This document shows positions 30,652 to 40,062 of a stretch of 64,000 nucleotides of DNA, one piece after another. Below the pieces are notes generated by a model, which saw only the letters and a list, made by a program, of their open reading frames with translations, was not told where the DNA came from and searched no databases. Both the position numbers and the translations under genes were made by a program. Numbering within the stretch: position 1 is the stretch's first letter; each line of letters opens with the position of its first letter. The DNA lies in the NCBI GenBank assembly GCA_963755025.1, contig CAVWIH010000014.1, positions 64,001 through 128,000 of the forward strand, written 5' to 3'. Origin of the DNA: an uncultured Actinomycetes bacterium. GTDB lineage: Bacteria; Actinomycetota; Thermoleophilia; UBA2241.

Positions 30652-31275
30652 TTGCGGAGACACTACGCCGTCGCCGGCATCGTCGTTGCCGTCCTGGTCG
30701 CCGCCCTCATCGTGTTCGCCGGCGCGCGCTCGCGCGGCGACGGGGCAAGCGGCGGCGATGCCCACGACGCCGACGCCGCCACGCTGCCCACGACGCGCCC
30801 CGCCCCCAGCGCCGAGAGCCCGTCGCCCACCGACTACGCCGCCATGGTGGGGCTGCTCAAAGCGCGCTACGCCCGCCAGCCGTCGAACGCGACCGCCCTG
30901 GCGCTCGCCGACGCCTACCTCATGACCGAACAGCCGGCCAAGGCGCAGCGCCTCTACACCAGGGTGCTGGCCAGCGACCCCGACAACGAAGACGCCAAGT
31001 CGCAGCTCGCCCTGGCGTTGCACGCGAGCGGCCACGACGACCAGGCCCTGGGCCTGCTCACGAGCGTCCTCAAGGCCGATCCCCGCAGCCAGCTCGCCCA
31101 CTTCAACCTGGCGGTCCTCTACTTCTCGGAGCAGAAGTCGCGCCAGGCGCGCGACGAGTGGCGCGAGGCCGCCGCGATCGATCCCGACACGAGCATCGGC
31201 CACACCTCGCAGAGCTTCGTGAACCTCATGCAGGGCGTCACGGGCAGCGGCGCGGGCGCCGCGAAGGGCGGCTGA
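30652..31275 (+). CDS. Membrane-anchored tetratricopeptide-repeat protein
   Basis: N-terminal TM, then LALADAYL..AQRLY, LALALHASG, AHFNLAVLY repeats. Confidence 0.82.
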   Translation: MRRHYAVAGIVVAVLVAALIVFAGARSRGDGASGGDAHDADAATLPTTRPAPSAESPSPTDYAAMVGLLKARYARQPSNATALALADAYLMTEQPAKAQRLYTRVLASDPDNEDAKSQLALALHASGHDDQALGLLTSVLKADPRSQLAHFNLAVLYFSEQKSRQARDEWREAAAIDPDTSIGHTSQSFVNLMQGVTGSGAGAAKGG

Positions 31276-31384
31276 CCGGCGCGGCGAGGCGCGATCGACG
31301 GCCCCGGCGCACGATGGCTGACCCGCCGGACGACGCCGCGAGGTCGTGACCGACCCGGCACACCGCCCAGTCGCGCTACGCGAC

Positions 31385-32485
31385 CTACCTGACGAGCTCG
31401 AGGCGCGGATTGGGCCGCTCGACGCGGCCCTCTTTGGCGCAGGGGCGGCCGTCGACCCGCACGACGTCGGCCGTGAAGTCGAGCTTGCCGCGCAGCAGGC
31501 TCGAGCCCACGCCATAGGCGTCGGCCGGCACGCCGCTCCTCTCGAACTCGGCGATGCGCTGCGCGTCGAACCCGCCGCTCACCACGATGCGCACGTGATC
31601 GAACCCCTCGGCGTCGAGAGCGCGGCGCACGTTGCGCACGAGCTGTGGGTTGACGCCGACCGGGCGGAACTGGCCCATGCACTCCCACAGCGAGCGGTCG
31701 ACCATCGTCTCCGAGGTGTCGAGCCGCACGCCCCACAGGCGTTCGCCGAGGGCGCGGGCGCAGGCCAGCGAAGTCGCCACGCAGTCGTTGTCGAAGTCGA
31801 CCAGGGCGATCACGTTGACGTCGGGGTAGAGCACGTCGGTGAAGGCTTCGGAAGCCGCCACCGTGTCGCCGGCGTAGGCGGCGATCAGGCCGTGCGGCAC
31901 CGTGCCGCCGCCCTTGCCACCCCACCACGAAGCCTGCTCGTCGGTCGACACGCCGATCGCCCCGGCGATGTGCGCCGCCCAGCCGTCGCCGGCCTGCACG
32001 CGGTAGTGGTCGAAGCGCGCCGGAAAGAAGAAGATCGGCTTGTCGCCGGCGGCGTCGACCACGCGGCGCACGTTGGTCGAGATCAGCGTGCGGCGCGTGA
32101 GCACGCCCAGGTAGACCGTCTCGAGGTGGGCGAAGAGCGTGTAGTCGCCCTCGATCGTCATGACCGTCTCCCAGGGGGCGACGTCGTCGCCGTCGTAGAG
32201 CGCCCGCACCTCGAGGTCGTCCCAGCCGTCGACCCAGGTGCGCTCGGCGCCGCTGCCGGCGTGCCGCCCGGAGCACAGGCGCAGGGCGGCGATCGCCTCG
32301 TCCATGCCGCCCAGCACCGCGGACTCGTATTTTTGAAAGACCTGCATGAGCACGCGCGGGTGCTTGTCGCGCGTCTCGAGGACGCGCTTCGAGAAGTTGA
32401 AGTAGGCGTCGGTGTAGTAGCCCTCGCGCATGCGCTCGACCGGCAGGGCGAAGACCTCGGGCTCTAGGCGGCGGCGCTCGCTCAT
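31385..32485 (-). CDS. Nicotinate/quinolinate phosphoribosyltransferase family protein
   Basis: YTDAYF, FFPARFDH, GTVPH, LVDFDND, GVRLDTS, VSGGF, YGVGS. Confidence 0.88.
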   Translation of the reverse strand: MSERRRLEPEVFALPVERMREGYYTDAYFNFSKRVLETRDKHPRVLMQVFQKYESAVLGGMDEAIAALRLCSGRHAGSGAERTWVDGWDDLEVRALYDGDDVAPWETVMTIEGDYTLFAHLETVYLGVLTRRTLISTNVRRVVDAAGDKPIFFFPARFDHYRVQAGDGWAAHIAGAIGVSTDEQASWWGGKGGGTVPHGLIAAYAGDTVAASEAFTDVLYPDVNVIALVDFDNDCVATSLACARALGERLWGVRLDTSETMVDRSLWECMGQFRPVGVNPQLVRNVRRALDAEGFDHVRIVVSGGFDAQRIAEFERSGVPADAYGVGSSLLRGKLDFTADVVRVDGRPCAKEGRVERPNPRLELVR

Positions 32486-32500
32486 GCGCGGAAGTGTACC

Positions 32501-33884
32501 CTACGAGCCGCCGCGGGCGGCGCGCATGGCGGCGATGAACCGCCCCGCCATGCCCGGCGAGGCCGCGAAGCTGGCGAACAGGGTGGTCGCCAGGCAGCGG
32601 CCCACGACGAAGCCCTCGGTGCGGCTGCTGCCGTCGGGCATGGCGATCTGGTAGGCGAAGACATCCTGCTCGAGCACGAGGAACTCGAGGTCGAAGAGCT
32701 CGTGCAGCACGACCTGCCCGCTGTCGTAGGGGTTGGCCCGCGTGGCTTCGGCGCGCACGTAGCGCGGCCGGTCGTACCACTCGAGGAGCTCGGCTTCGGC
32801 GGGCACGATGCCCAGCAGGTCGTGGCTGCGCCCGCGGCTGTCGGCGAGGCGCTGCAGCATGAGCAGGGCGCCGCCGCCGAGGGCCAGGATCGGCAGGCCT
32901 TCCGTGGCGGCGCCGCGCAGGTGCTGGCGCAGCAGGGCGTTGTCGGAGAACGCGGCGATCGACTGTTCGTCGAGCGTGCCGGTGAAGAGCAGGCCGTCGC
33001 AGCGCTGGGGCAGCTCGCGGTCGCGCGCGATGTTGAGCGGCACGAGGTTGACGCCCATCGCCTGGAGCACGTCGACGTTCTCGAGCATGACGGGCTGCAG
33101 CGGCGGCCCCCAGGCCACCGCCACGACCAGGTCGGTGGCCGAGGTCTCGGGCAGCAGCAGGCGGCGCGGCGCCGACGGCAGAAAGCCGCGCCGCGACGCC
33201 ACGGCCACGATCTCGTCGAGCCGCAGGTAGGTGGCCGCCTCGCGGCACAGCTGCACCAGCGTGGCTTCGGGCGCCCGCGAGCCGCCCAGCGTGCGCACCG
33301 AACCGCTGGCAGCCGCGTACTGGCGCAGGAACTGCTCGGTCAGCTGCGGCGGCACCTGGCCGAGCAGCGGCAGGCCCACGTCGCGGCGCAGCGCCTCTTG
33401 CAGCTCGGCGCCGGCCGCCGAGTCGTCGCCCCCCACGAGCACCACGCCGCCGATCTCGAGCTGGCTCGCCAGGGCGCGCGTGCCGTAGACGGCCGCCGCC
33501 GCGCTCGCCCCGCGGCCGCGGGCGTCGAGCACCAGGATGACCGGCGCGTCGAGGCGGCGCGCCAGGTCGGCGGCGCGCGAACCGTTCACGCCCTCCCACT
33601 TGTCGAGCAGCGGGCGCACGGCGATCGACGAGCGCCAGGTCCATGCGCTCGCTCCACTGGTCGAAGAGCTCGTCGGCCACGGGAGCGGGGTGCAGCGCCG
33701 GGTCGAGGGCGCGAGGGGCGCGCGCGGCGACGTCGTAGGCGAGGCGCCAGAGCGGCAGGTCGAAGCCCAGCAAGATGCCGCGGGTGGCGTGCTGTTCGCC
33801 GAACCCGGCGAGCAGCGCGCCCGCTACAAGGTCGAGCGCGGGCCCGGGTTCGACTCCAGCCAAGATGAGACGCGGCACAGACAC
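32501..33884 (-). CDS. CbiA/CobB-like protein with degenerate P-loop and glutaminase sites (frameshift near 33625)
   Basis: S.AADLARRLDAPVILVLDA, GGVVL, ENVDVLQAMG, GLPILALGGG..L, LLGIVP match the CbiA scaffold. Confidence 0.72.
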
Positions 33885-34137
33885 AGGCGCAGATCCGTCC
33901 TCGGTTCTTCCCGGGCGCCCATCCCACGCCTGAGAGGGCGGGAACGCGCCTGGGACTTTAGAGCTTCCGCGCCGGGGTGCGGATTTCCTGCCGCGGCCGC
34001 CAAAGCCGCGCGCCGCCGCCCCGAACTGTCGCAAAGACCCTAATCCATCGGGCGCGCCTGTCGACATAGGTGACTACACCACCAAGCAGCGACGCGGGAG
34101 CACTCAAACGGGATCGGGCAAGCAACTCAGAGAGATC

Positions 34138-35956
34138 ATGACAGCGCGCATCATCTTCGGCGTGGCCCTGTTCATCGCCGGAGTCATCTTCCGCCTCTTG
34201 AACCAGGACTTCGTCTCCCTGTCGCTGCTCGTGGTCGTCGTCGTGTTCGTCGTGGCCAATGTGCCGTTCCTGTACCTCAGCCGGCACGGTCGCGAGCGCC
34301 AGGTGAGCATCGCCATGGTCGTCGTCGACACGCTGCTGGTGACGGCGGCGGTCGTCTTCACCGGCGGGGTGCTCAGCTCGGTGGCGATCCTCTACCTGTG
34401 GCCCATCGTGTCGGCCAGCCTGCTGCTGCCGCCGTGGAGCGCCTACGTCACGGCGGGCGCCTCGAGCGCCCTCTACATCGCTATCTGGGTGCTGCAGACC
34501 GGCGCCGTGGGGCCCTTCCTGAACAGCTCGACGATCACGCCGCCGGTGCTGCCCGACAACTGGTCGGCGCAGACCGTCGGCATACGGGTGACGGCCTTCC
34601 TGCTGATCGCCCTGCTCACCGGCTTTCTCGCGCAGGCGCTCACCAAGAGCAACTCGCAGCTGCGCGACGCCAAGCTGCGCGCCGAAAGCCAGCTCGACCG
34701 CATGAAGGTCGTCAACGAGCAGCTGCGCTCGATCGAAGAGACCAGCCAGGTGTTCATGCGCCACCACGACGTCGAAGGCCTCATGCCCGACGCCCTCGAC
34801 AAGCTCTGCGGGCTCATGCGCATCGAGAGCGGCTTCGCCCTGGTGCACAACGACAGCACCTGCGCACGACCAGCTCGCCGCCTGTCAGGGGCCCGTGACC
34901 ATCGAGCTGATCGAGCGCTTAAAAGAGGTCGGCCTCGTGCGCATCCACCCGGTCGGCCTGCCGCACGTGGCGACCGTCGACGACGGCACGCAGTCGGCGC
35001 ACGTCCTCAAGCTCATCGAAAAAGAGGGCTTTCGCGACCTCGTGCTGGTGCCGCTCACCGCCAAAGACCGCCGCCTCGGCCTGCTGTGCTTCATCACGCG
35101 GCCCGGCGAAGTGGTGCGCGACACCAAGCTCGCCGCGCTCGCCTCGCTCTCGAGCCAGCTGGCCGTCGCTCTGCGCAACATCCAGTACAACGAGGAGCTC
35201 GCCCGCAAGAACGAGGAGCTCACCCACCTCGACCAGTTGAAGAGCGACTTCATGGCCACCATGAGCCACGAGCTGCGCACCCCGCTCACCTCGGTGATCG
35301 GCTACAGCGACATGCTGCTCTCGGGCGTGACCGGCGAGCTGAACGAGCGCCAGAACAACTTCGTGAGCAGCATCCTCACGAACGGCGAGTCGCTGCTGAA
35401 CCTCATCAACGACGTGCTCGACCTCACCAAGATCGAGGCCGGCCGGCTCGAGCTCAACCTCGAAGCCGTCGACCTGCGCTCGGCGCTGCTCGGCGTGCTG
35501 CCGGTCGTCAAGCCGCGCGCCGCCGACAAGCGCATCAAGGTGTCGACCTACCTGCCGACCGACGTGCCGACCATCATCGCCGACCCGGCCAAGTTCAACC
35601 AGGTGCTGCTCAACCTCCTGACGAACGCCATCAAGTACACTCACGAGAACGGCAACGTCAGCGTCGAAGCGCGCGGCCAGGAAGGCTTCGTCGAGATCTG
35701 GGTGACCGACACCGGCATCGGCATCGGCCAGGAAGACATCGACCGCATCTTCCAGCGCTTCACCCAGGTCGACTCGTCGGCCAGCCGCTCCCAGGGCGGC
35801 ACCGGTCTCGGACTGGCCATCACCAAAGAGCTGGTCGAGCTGCACGGCGGCCAGATCCGCGTGCAGAGCAAGCTCGGCAAGGGCTCCAGTTTCATCTTTA
35901 CGGTGCCGATATCACACGAGCCGGCCGACCACCTGGCCGCCGGCAAGATCAGCTAG
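34138..35956 (+). CDS. Membrane sensor histidine kinase (TM, GAF, HisKA, HATPase), frameshift near 34865
   Basis: FMATMSHELRTPL, NLLTNAIKYT, DTGIGI, GGTGLGL, GKGSSF. Confidence 0.92.
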
Positions 35957-35973
35957 GACGGGTGGAAAACGCC

Positions 35974-36336
35974 ATGAGCAAGTCGATCGTCGTCGCCGAT
36001 GACGACCCCGATATCCTGAGCATCGTCGCGATGTCGCTCGAGACCCAGGGCTACGAGGTCTACAAGGCGGCCAACGGCCGCGAGGCCGTCGACCTCGCCC
36101 GCGACCACCATCCCGACCTCATCATCCTCGACATGATGATGCCGGTCATGAGCGGCTACGAAGCCATAGCCGAGCTCAGGGCCGACGACGCCACGCGCGC
36201 CATCCCCATCGTCGGCCTCTCGGCCAAGGCGATGGCGACCGACATGGAACGCGCCACCGACGTCGGCATCGACGGCTACATCACCAAGCCCTTCCGCATC
36301 GCCCAGGTGCTCTCGGTCATCGAGGGCTACCTCTGA
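35974..36336 (+). CDS. Stand-alone response regulator receiver protein
   Basis: IVVADDD, IILDMMMP, LSA, KPF; no output domain. Confidence 0.92.
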   Translation: MSKSIVVADDDPDILSIVAMSLETQGYEVYKAANGREAVDLARDHHPDLIILDMMMPVMSGYEAIAELRADDATRAIPIVGLSAKAMATDMERATDVGIDGYITKPFRIAQVLSVIEGYL

Positions 36337-36392
36337 GTCGACCCCCGCGCGGGCCGGTCGCGCGACCGCCCGCAGGCCCTGCGTCCATCGAC

Positions 36393-36419
36393 TCATCCTC
36401 GCCCACGAACTGCCGATAA
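36393..36419 (+). promoter_or_regulatory. Sigma28 (FliA/WhiG)-like promoter of the diguanylate cyclase
   Basis: TCAT-N15-GCCGATAA with a perfect -10. Confidence 0.6.
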
Positions 36420-36518
36420 CGAAACCGACAAACCGGCGGCGACTCCAGCGAGTGGCCAGAGGCCGCCGGACGCGCGAAGGAGACTCCCACGAGCGACCCG
36501 CACGAGAGCCGGTCCCGC

Positions 36519-37886
36519 GTGAGCATCGAGGTCAAGACCACAGGCATGATCGTCGTGATCTTCCTGGTCGTGGTCGCGGTGTTCGCCCGTCAACTCAGCC
36601 GCGATCTGCTCATGCAGCTCGGCGTCGCGTTGACTGTGGCCCTTGTCCTGGTCGTCGCCGTGCTCGACGTCTGGGTCTACCGCCCCGTCAACTCGCTGAT
36701 CAGACGTTCCCGGCGGCGGCTGGGCAGCCGCTACGAACACGACGACCCGCGCCACCGCGACGAGATCGCCGAGCTCGACTTCCTCATCAACACCATCATC
36801 CGCACGTTCACCGAGGTGCAAAGCCACGAGGTGCGCACCGAGCGCGCCGAAAGCGACCTCATCCGCCTGCAGAACTTCAACCGCCAGCTCGTCGAGGTCG
36901 GCGACATCGGCCAGGAGATCAACGCCGCCCTGCCCTACCGCGAGACGGTCGAACGCACCCTGGCGCGCGCCAAGAACTTCTTGCGGGCCGACTTCGTGGC
37001 GCTCATCTCGCTCGAGCCCAACACGCGGGCCTTCGACGTAGAGGGCGCGCTCGGCGTGCAGGCGCCGTCGATCGACGCCGACTGCTGCCTGTTCACCACC
37101 GACTGCCCGGTGCGCAAGGCGATCGACGACCACACCGTGGTGCGCTCGTCCAACCACACCTGCACGCTGTTCCCCCAGACCATGAAGAGCCAGCTCATCG
37201 TGCCCTTCGAGGTCGACCCCATGGGCGAGATGGCGCTGCTGGCCACCTCGACCACGAGCGAGCACTTCGACGAGATCGCCACCAACGTCCTGTCTACGCT
37301 GCAGGGCCACGTGCACGGCGCGCTGTCGAACGCCCGCAAGTACGACAGCATCCGCCGCCAGGTCGTGACCGACCACCTCACGCGCCTCTACAACCGCCGC
37401 TTCTTCATGAACCGCGCCGAAGAAGAGCTCGCCCGCAGCCTGCGCAACCAGCAGCCGCTGTCGCTCGTCATCCTCGACATCGACCACTTCAAGCACTTCA
37501 ACGATTCGTACGGCCACGCCACCGGCGACCGCGTGCTGCAGGTCGTGGCGGCGGTCATGCAGCAGCACGTGCGCAAGACCGACATCTGCAGCCGCCACGG
37601 CGGCGAGGAGTTCGGCATGTTGCTGCCCAGCACGCCGGGCGACAACGCGAGCTTCATGGCCAACCGGCTGCGCCGCACGCTGGCCGAGACCCGCTACACC
37701 GGCCTGGGGCTGCCGCCCGACGTGAACATCACGATCAGCATGGGCGTGGCCACCTGCCCGCGCGACGCGACCACCGTCGCCGAGCTCTTCGAGCTCGCCG
37801 ACCAGGCGCTCTACCAGGCCAAAGAGGCCGGGCGCGACCGCGTCATCCAGTACGGCGTCGAGGTCCAGCCCGTCTTTTACGATTAG
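36519..37886 (+). CDS. Diguanylate cyclase (2 TM, HAMP-like, GAF, GGDEF)
   Basis: DHLTRLYNRR, DIDHFKHFNDSYGHATGD, RKTD I-site, GGEEF, ADQALYQAK..GRDR. Confidence 0.93.
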   Translation: MSIEVKTTGMIVVIFLVVVAVFARQLSRDLLMQLGVALTVALVLVVAVLDVWVYRPVNSLIRRSRRRLGSRYEHDDPRHRDEIAELDFLINTIIRTFTEVQSHEVRTERAESDLIRLQNFNRQLVEVGDIGQEINAALPYRETVERTLARAKNFLRADFVALISLEPNTRAFDVEGALGVQAPSIDADCCLFTTDCPVRKAIDDHTVVRSSNHTCTLFPQTMKSQLIVPFEVDPMGEMALLATSTTSEHFDEIATNVLSTLQGHVHGALSNARKYDSIRRQVVTDHLTRLYNRRFFMNRAEEELARSLRNQQPLSLVILDIDHFKHFNDSYGHATGDRVLQVVAAVMQQHVRKTDICSRHGGEEFGMLLPSTPGDNASFMANRLRRTLAETRYTGLGLPPDVNITISMGVATCPRDATTVAELFELADQALYQAKEAGRDRVIQYGVEVQPVFYD

Positions 37887-37895
37887 GCGCGACCC

Positions 37896-39518
37896 TTACT
37901 CGAGCCCCATTCCCCGGCGGATCAGCGCCGGCGTCGTCGCCCCCCATTCGAGCAGCTCGTCGTGGAACGCCTTGAGCGACGGCGAGCGGCGGCGGGCAAA
38001 GTCGGTCGCGAGCGCCATGATCTCGCGCTTGCCGATCAGGTAGGCCATGGGGTACCCGGGCGCGCCCGAGTACCAGCGCACCTCGAGCTCGGCGGAGGGG
38101 CGCTCTATGTGGGCCTCGCTCGACAGAAAGTCGACGGCCTGGTCGAAGCTCATGAGGCCGAGGTTCAGCTCCATGTCGATCACCACCCGGCAGGCGCGCC
38201 AGAGCTGGTCGTTCAGGCGCATGAGGCGCACCGCGGGGGCGGCCAGAAAGCCCTGGGCCTCCATCATCTCTTCGCAGTAGAACGCCCAGCCCTCGATGAG
38301 CAGCATGCCGCCGTCGGGGATGAAGGCGACGCGCCGGGCCAGGGTCGCGGCGCGGTTGGCGCGCCCGAACTGGGTGTGGTGGCCCGGATAGGCTTCGTGC
38401 ACGCCGACCGTCGGCATCGAGGCGAAGGGGTGCCCGCCGAGGGCCCGCGACAGCTCGTCGCCGCTGAGGTCGTCGGAGGGCACGGTCACCCAGTAGAAGC
38501 CCCGGGGGAGGCGGTCGTACGGCCCGGCCCCCTCGTAGGCGGCGAACGGCAGCGAGCCGCGCAGCGCGGGCGGCGTGGCTTCGACGACGAGCTGCTCGTC
38601 GGGCGCCAGGGTGACGAGGTCGTGCTCGACGACGAAGCGCCGCGCCGCGGCGAGCGCGTCGCGGTAGCTTGCCAGCAACTCGCCGCGCGCGGGCCGGTCG
38701 GCCTGCACCGCGGCGATCGCCGCGGTGGTAGAGGAGTGCCCCATGGCGGCGGCCAGCTCGTCCATGGCGGCGCGCGTGTCGGCCATGGCGGCGCGCCCCA
38801 CGGCGGCGATCTGCTCGGGCGTCTCGTCGAGCAGGTGCTCGTGGGCGAGCAGGTCGACCAGCAGCTCGCGGCCGCCGGCGACCGCCGAGGTGGCGGTGGG
38901 CAGGTAGCGGGCGCGCAGCTCGTCGCCGAAGCGCGTCACGGCGGCGGCGGCCAGGCGCGCCGGGCCGTCGAGGGCGCCGGCGAAGCCGAGCTCGACGGCC
39001 GCTCGCGGCGCGGCTTCGCCGACCAGCTCGGTGACCCCGGGAACGTCGGCCAGGGCGGTGGCGACGAACGGCGACGGCAGCGGCGCGCGCAGGTTGGCGA
39101 GGCCTTCCTCGAGCACGCCGGGCAACGCCCGCAGGCGGCCGGCCATAGCCTCGACGCGTTCGGCGGGCGTGCCGACCTCTTTGATCATGAGCAGCAGCAC
39201 GCCGTAGGCGGCGTCGAGATAGAGCCCGGGCTTGGCCTGCTGCACGCGGCGCGTCTCGAAGCTCCGCAGGACCCGCCGCGCGATCTGGCCGCCGGTGACG
39301 GCGTCGATCGCCGCGGCGCCGGCGGCGCCGGCCGCGGCGTCGTCGAGCAGCCCGAGGAGCCGGCGGGCGTCGGCCACGTAGGCCGCCAGGGCGGGCGCCG
39401 AGAGGTCGGGCAGCTCGCCGGCGTGCTCGACCATGCCGAGCTGCGTGGCGACGATGGGGTCGGCCGCGGCGACGCGGTCGACGAGGCGCTGGACGAGGTC
39501 TGTGACGCTGGACGGCAT
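37896..39518 (-). CDS. DUF885 family protein
   Basis: HEAYPGHHTQ, EGWAFYCE, LWRACRVVID, PGYPMAYLIG. Confidence 0.88.
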   Translation of the reverse strand: MPSSVTDLVQRLVDRVAAADPIVATQLGMVEHAGELPDLSAPALAAYVADARRLLGLLDDAAAGAAGAAAIDAVTGGQIARRVLRSFETRRVQQAKPGLYLDAAYGVLLLMIKEVGTPAERVEAMAGRLRALPGVLEEGLANLRAPLPSPFVATALADVPGVTELVGEAAPRAAVELGFAGALDGPARLAAAAVTRFGDELRARYLPTATSAVAGGRELLVDLLAHEHLLDETPEQIAAVGRAAMADTRAAMDELAAAMGHSSTTAAIAAVQADRPARGELLASYRDALAAARRFVVEHDLVTLAPDEQLVVEATPPALRGSLPFAAYEGAGPYDRLPRGFYWVTVPSDDLSGDELSRALGGHPFASMPTVGVHEAYPGHHTQFGRANRAATLARRVAFIPDGGMLLIEGWAFYCEEMMEAQGFLAAPAVRLMRLNDQLWRACRVVIDMELNLGLMSFDQAVDFLSSEAHIERPSAELEVRWYSGAPGYPMAYLIGKREIMALATDFARRRSPSLKAFHDELLEWGATTPALIRRGMGLE

Positions 39519-39570
39519 GGCGTGCCTCCCGGTCGTCCGACCCCCCGGCGCCTGCGCCGACGAGCCGGTC

Positions 39571-39930
39571 TTAGGTGCGGTAGGAGTCGAGGTAGGTCTG
39601 CAGGGGCTCGACCTTACCGCCCATGATCTTCTCGACGACGTCGTCGAGGATGCCCTTGGCGACGTCGAGATCGCTCACGATGGCGCGGTAGATGTACCCC
39701 GAAGGCTCCTTGTCCTGTTCGAGGAGGCCCTTCACGTGCAGGTTGCGCAAGACGCTCATCACGGTGGTGTAGGCGATGCGGCGGCGCAGGCGCAGCTCTT
39801 CGTAGACGTCGCGCACCTTGACGTCGCCTTTGTCCCACACGATGCGCAGGATCTCGGCCTCAAGCCATCCGAGACCCGTCAGATCGCGGCTGCGACTCTT
39901 CTTGCGCCATCTCACGTACTCGTCTTTCAT
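39571..39930 (-). CDS. BlaI/MecI/CopY family transcriptional repressor
   Basis: LGWLEAEILRIVW..VRDVYE..IAYTTVMSVLRNLHVKGLL. Confidence 0.9.
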   Translation of the reverse strand: MKDEYVRWRKKSRSRDLTGLGWLEAEILRIVWDKGDVKVRDVYEELRLRRRIAYTTVMSVLRNLHVKGLLEQDKEPSGYIYRAIVSDLDVAKGILDDVVEKIMGGKVEPLQTYLDSYRT

Positions 39931-40062
39931 CGATCCTCCGACGTTCCACTTAGAGCTGCGGACCCCATGCTGAGCAGCGCACAAGTATGGAGTGAGTCGG
40001 ACGTCAAGAGACGGCAAGACCTCCGCCCGGCGCGAGCATGGGGGACGACCCGAGCTTGTACT

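Noticed and set aside
33885-34070. Cobalamin riboswitch upstream of the CbiA-like gene
   Set aside because: No B12-box or other conserved core elements recognised; only a simple hairpin.
34138-36336. 732-aa ORF suggesting a TM-sensor-receiver fusion
   Set aside because: Artefact of the frameshift near 34865; the middle is out-of-frame kinase sequence and the receiver has its own ATG at 35974.
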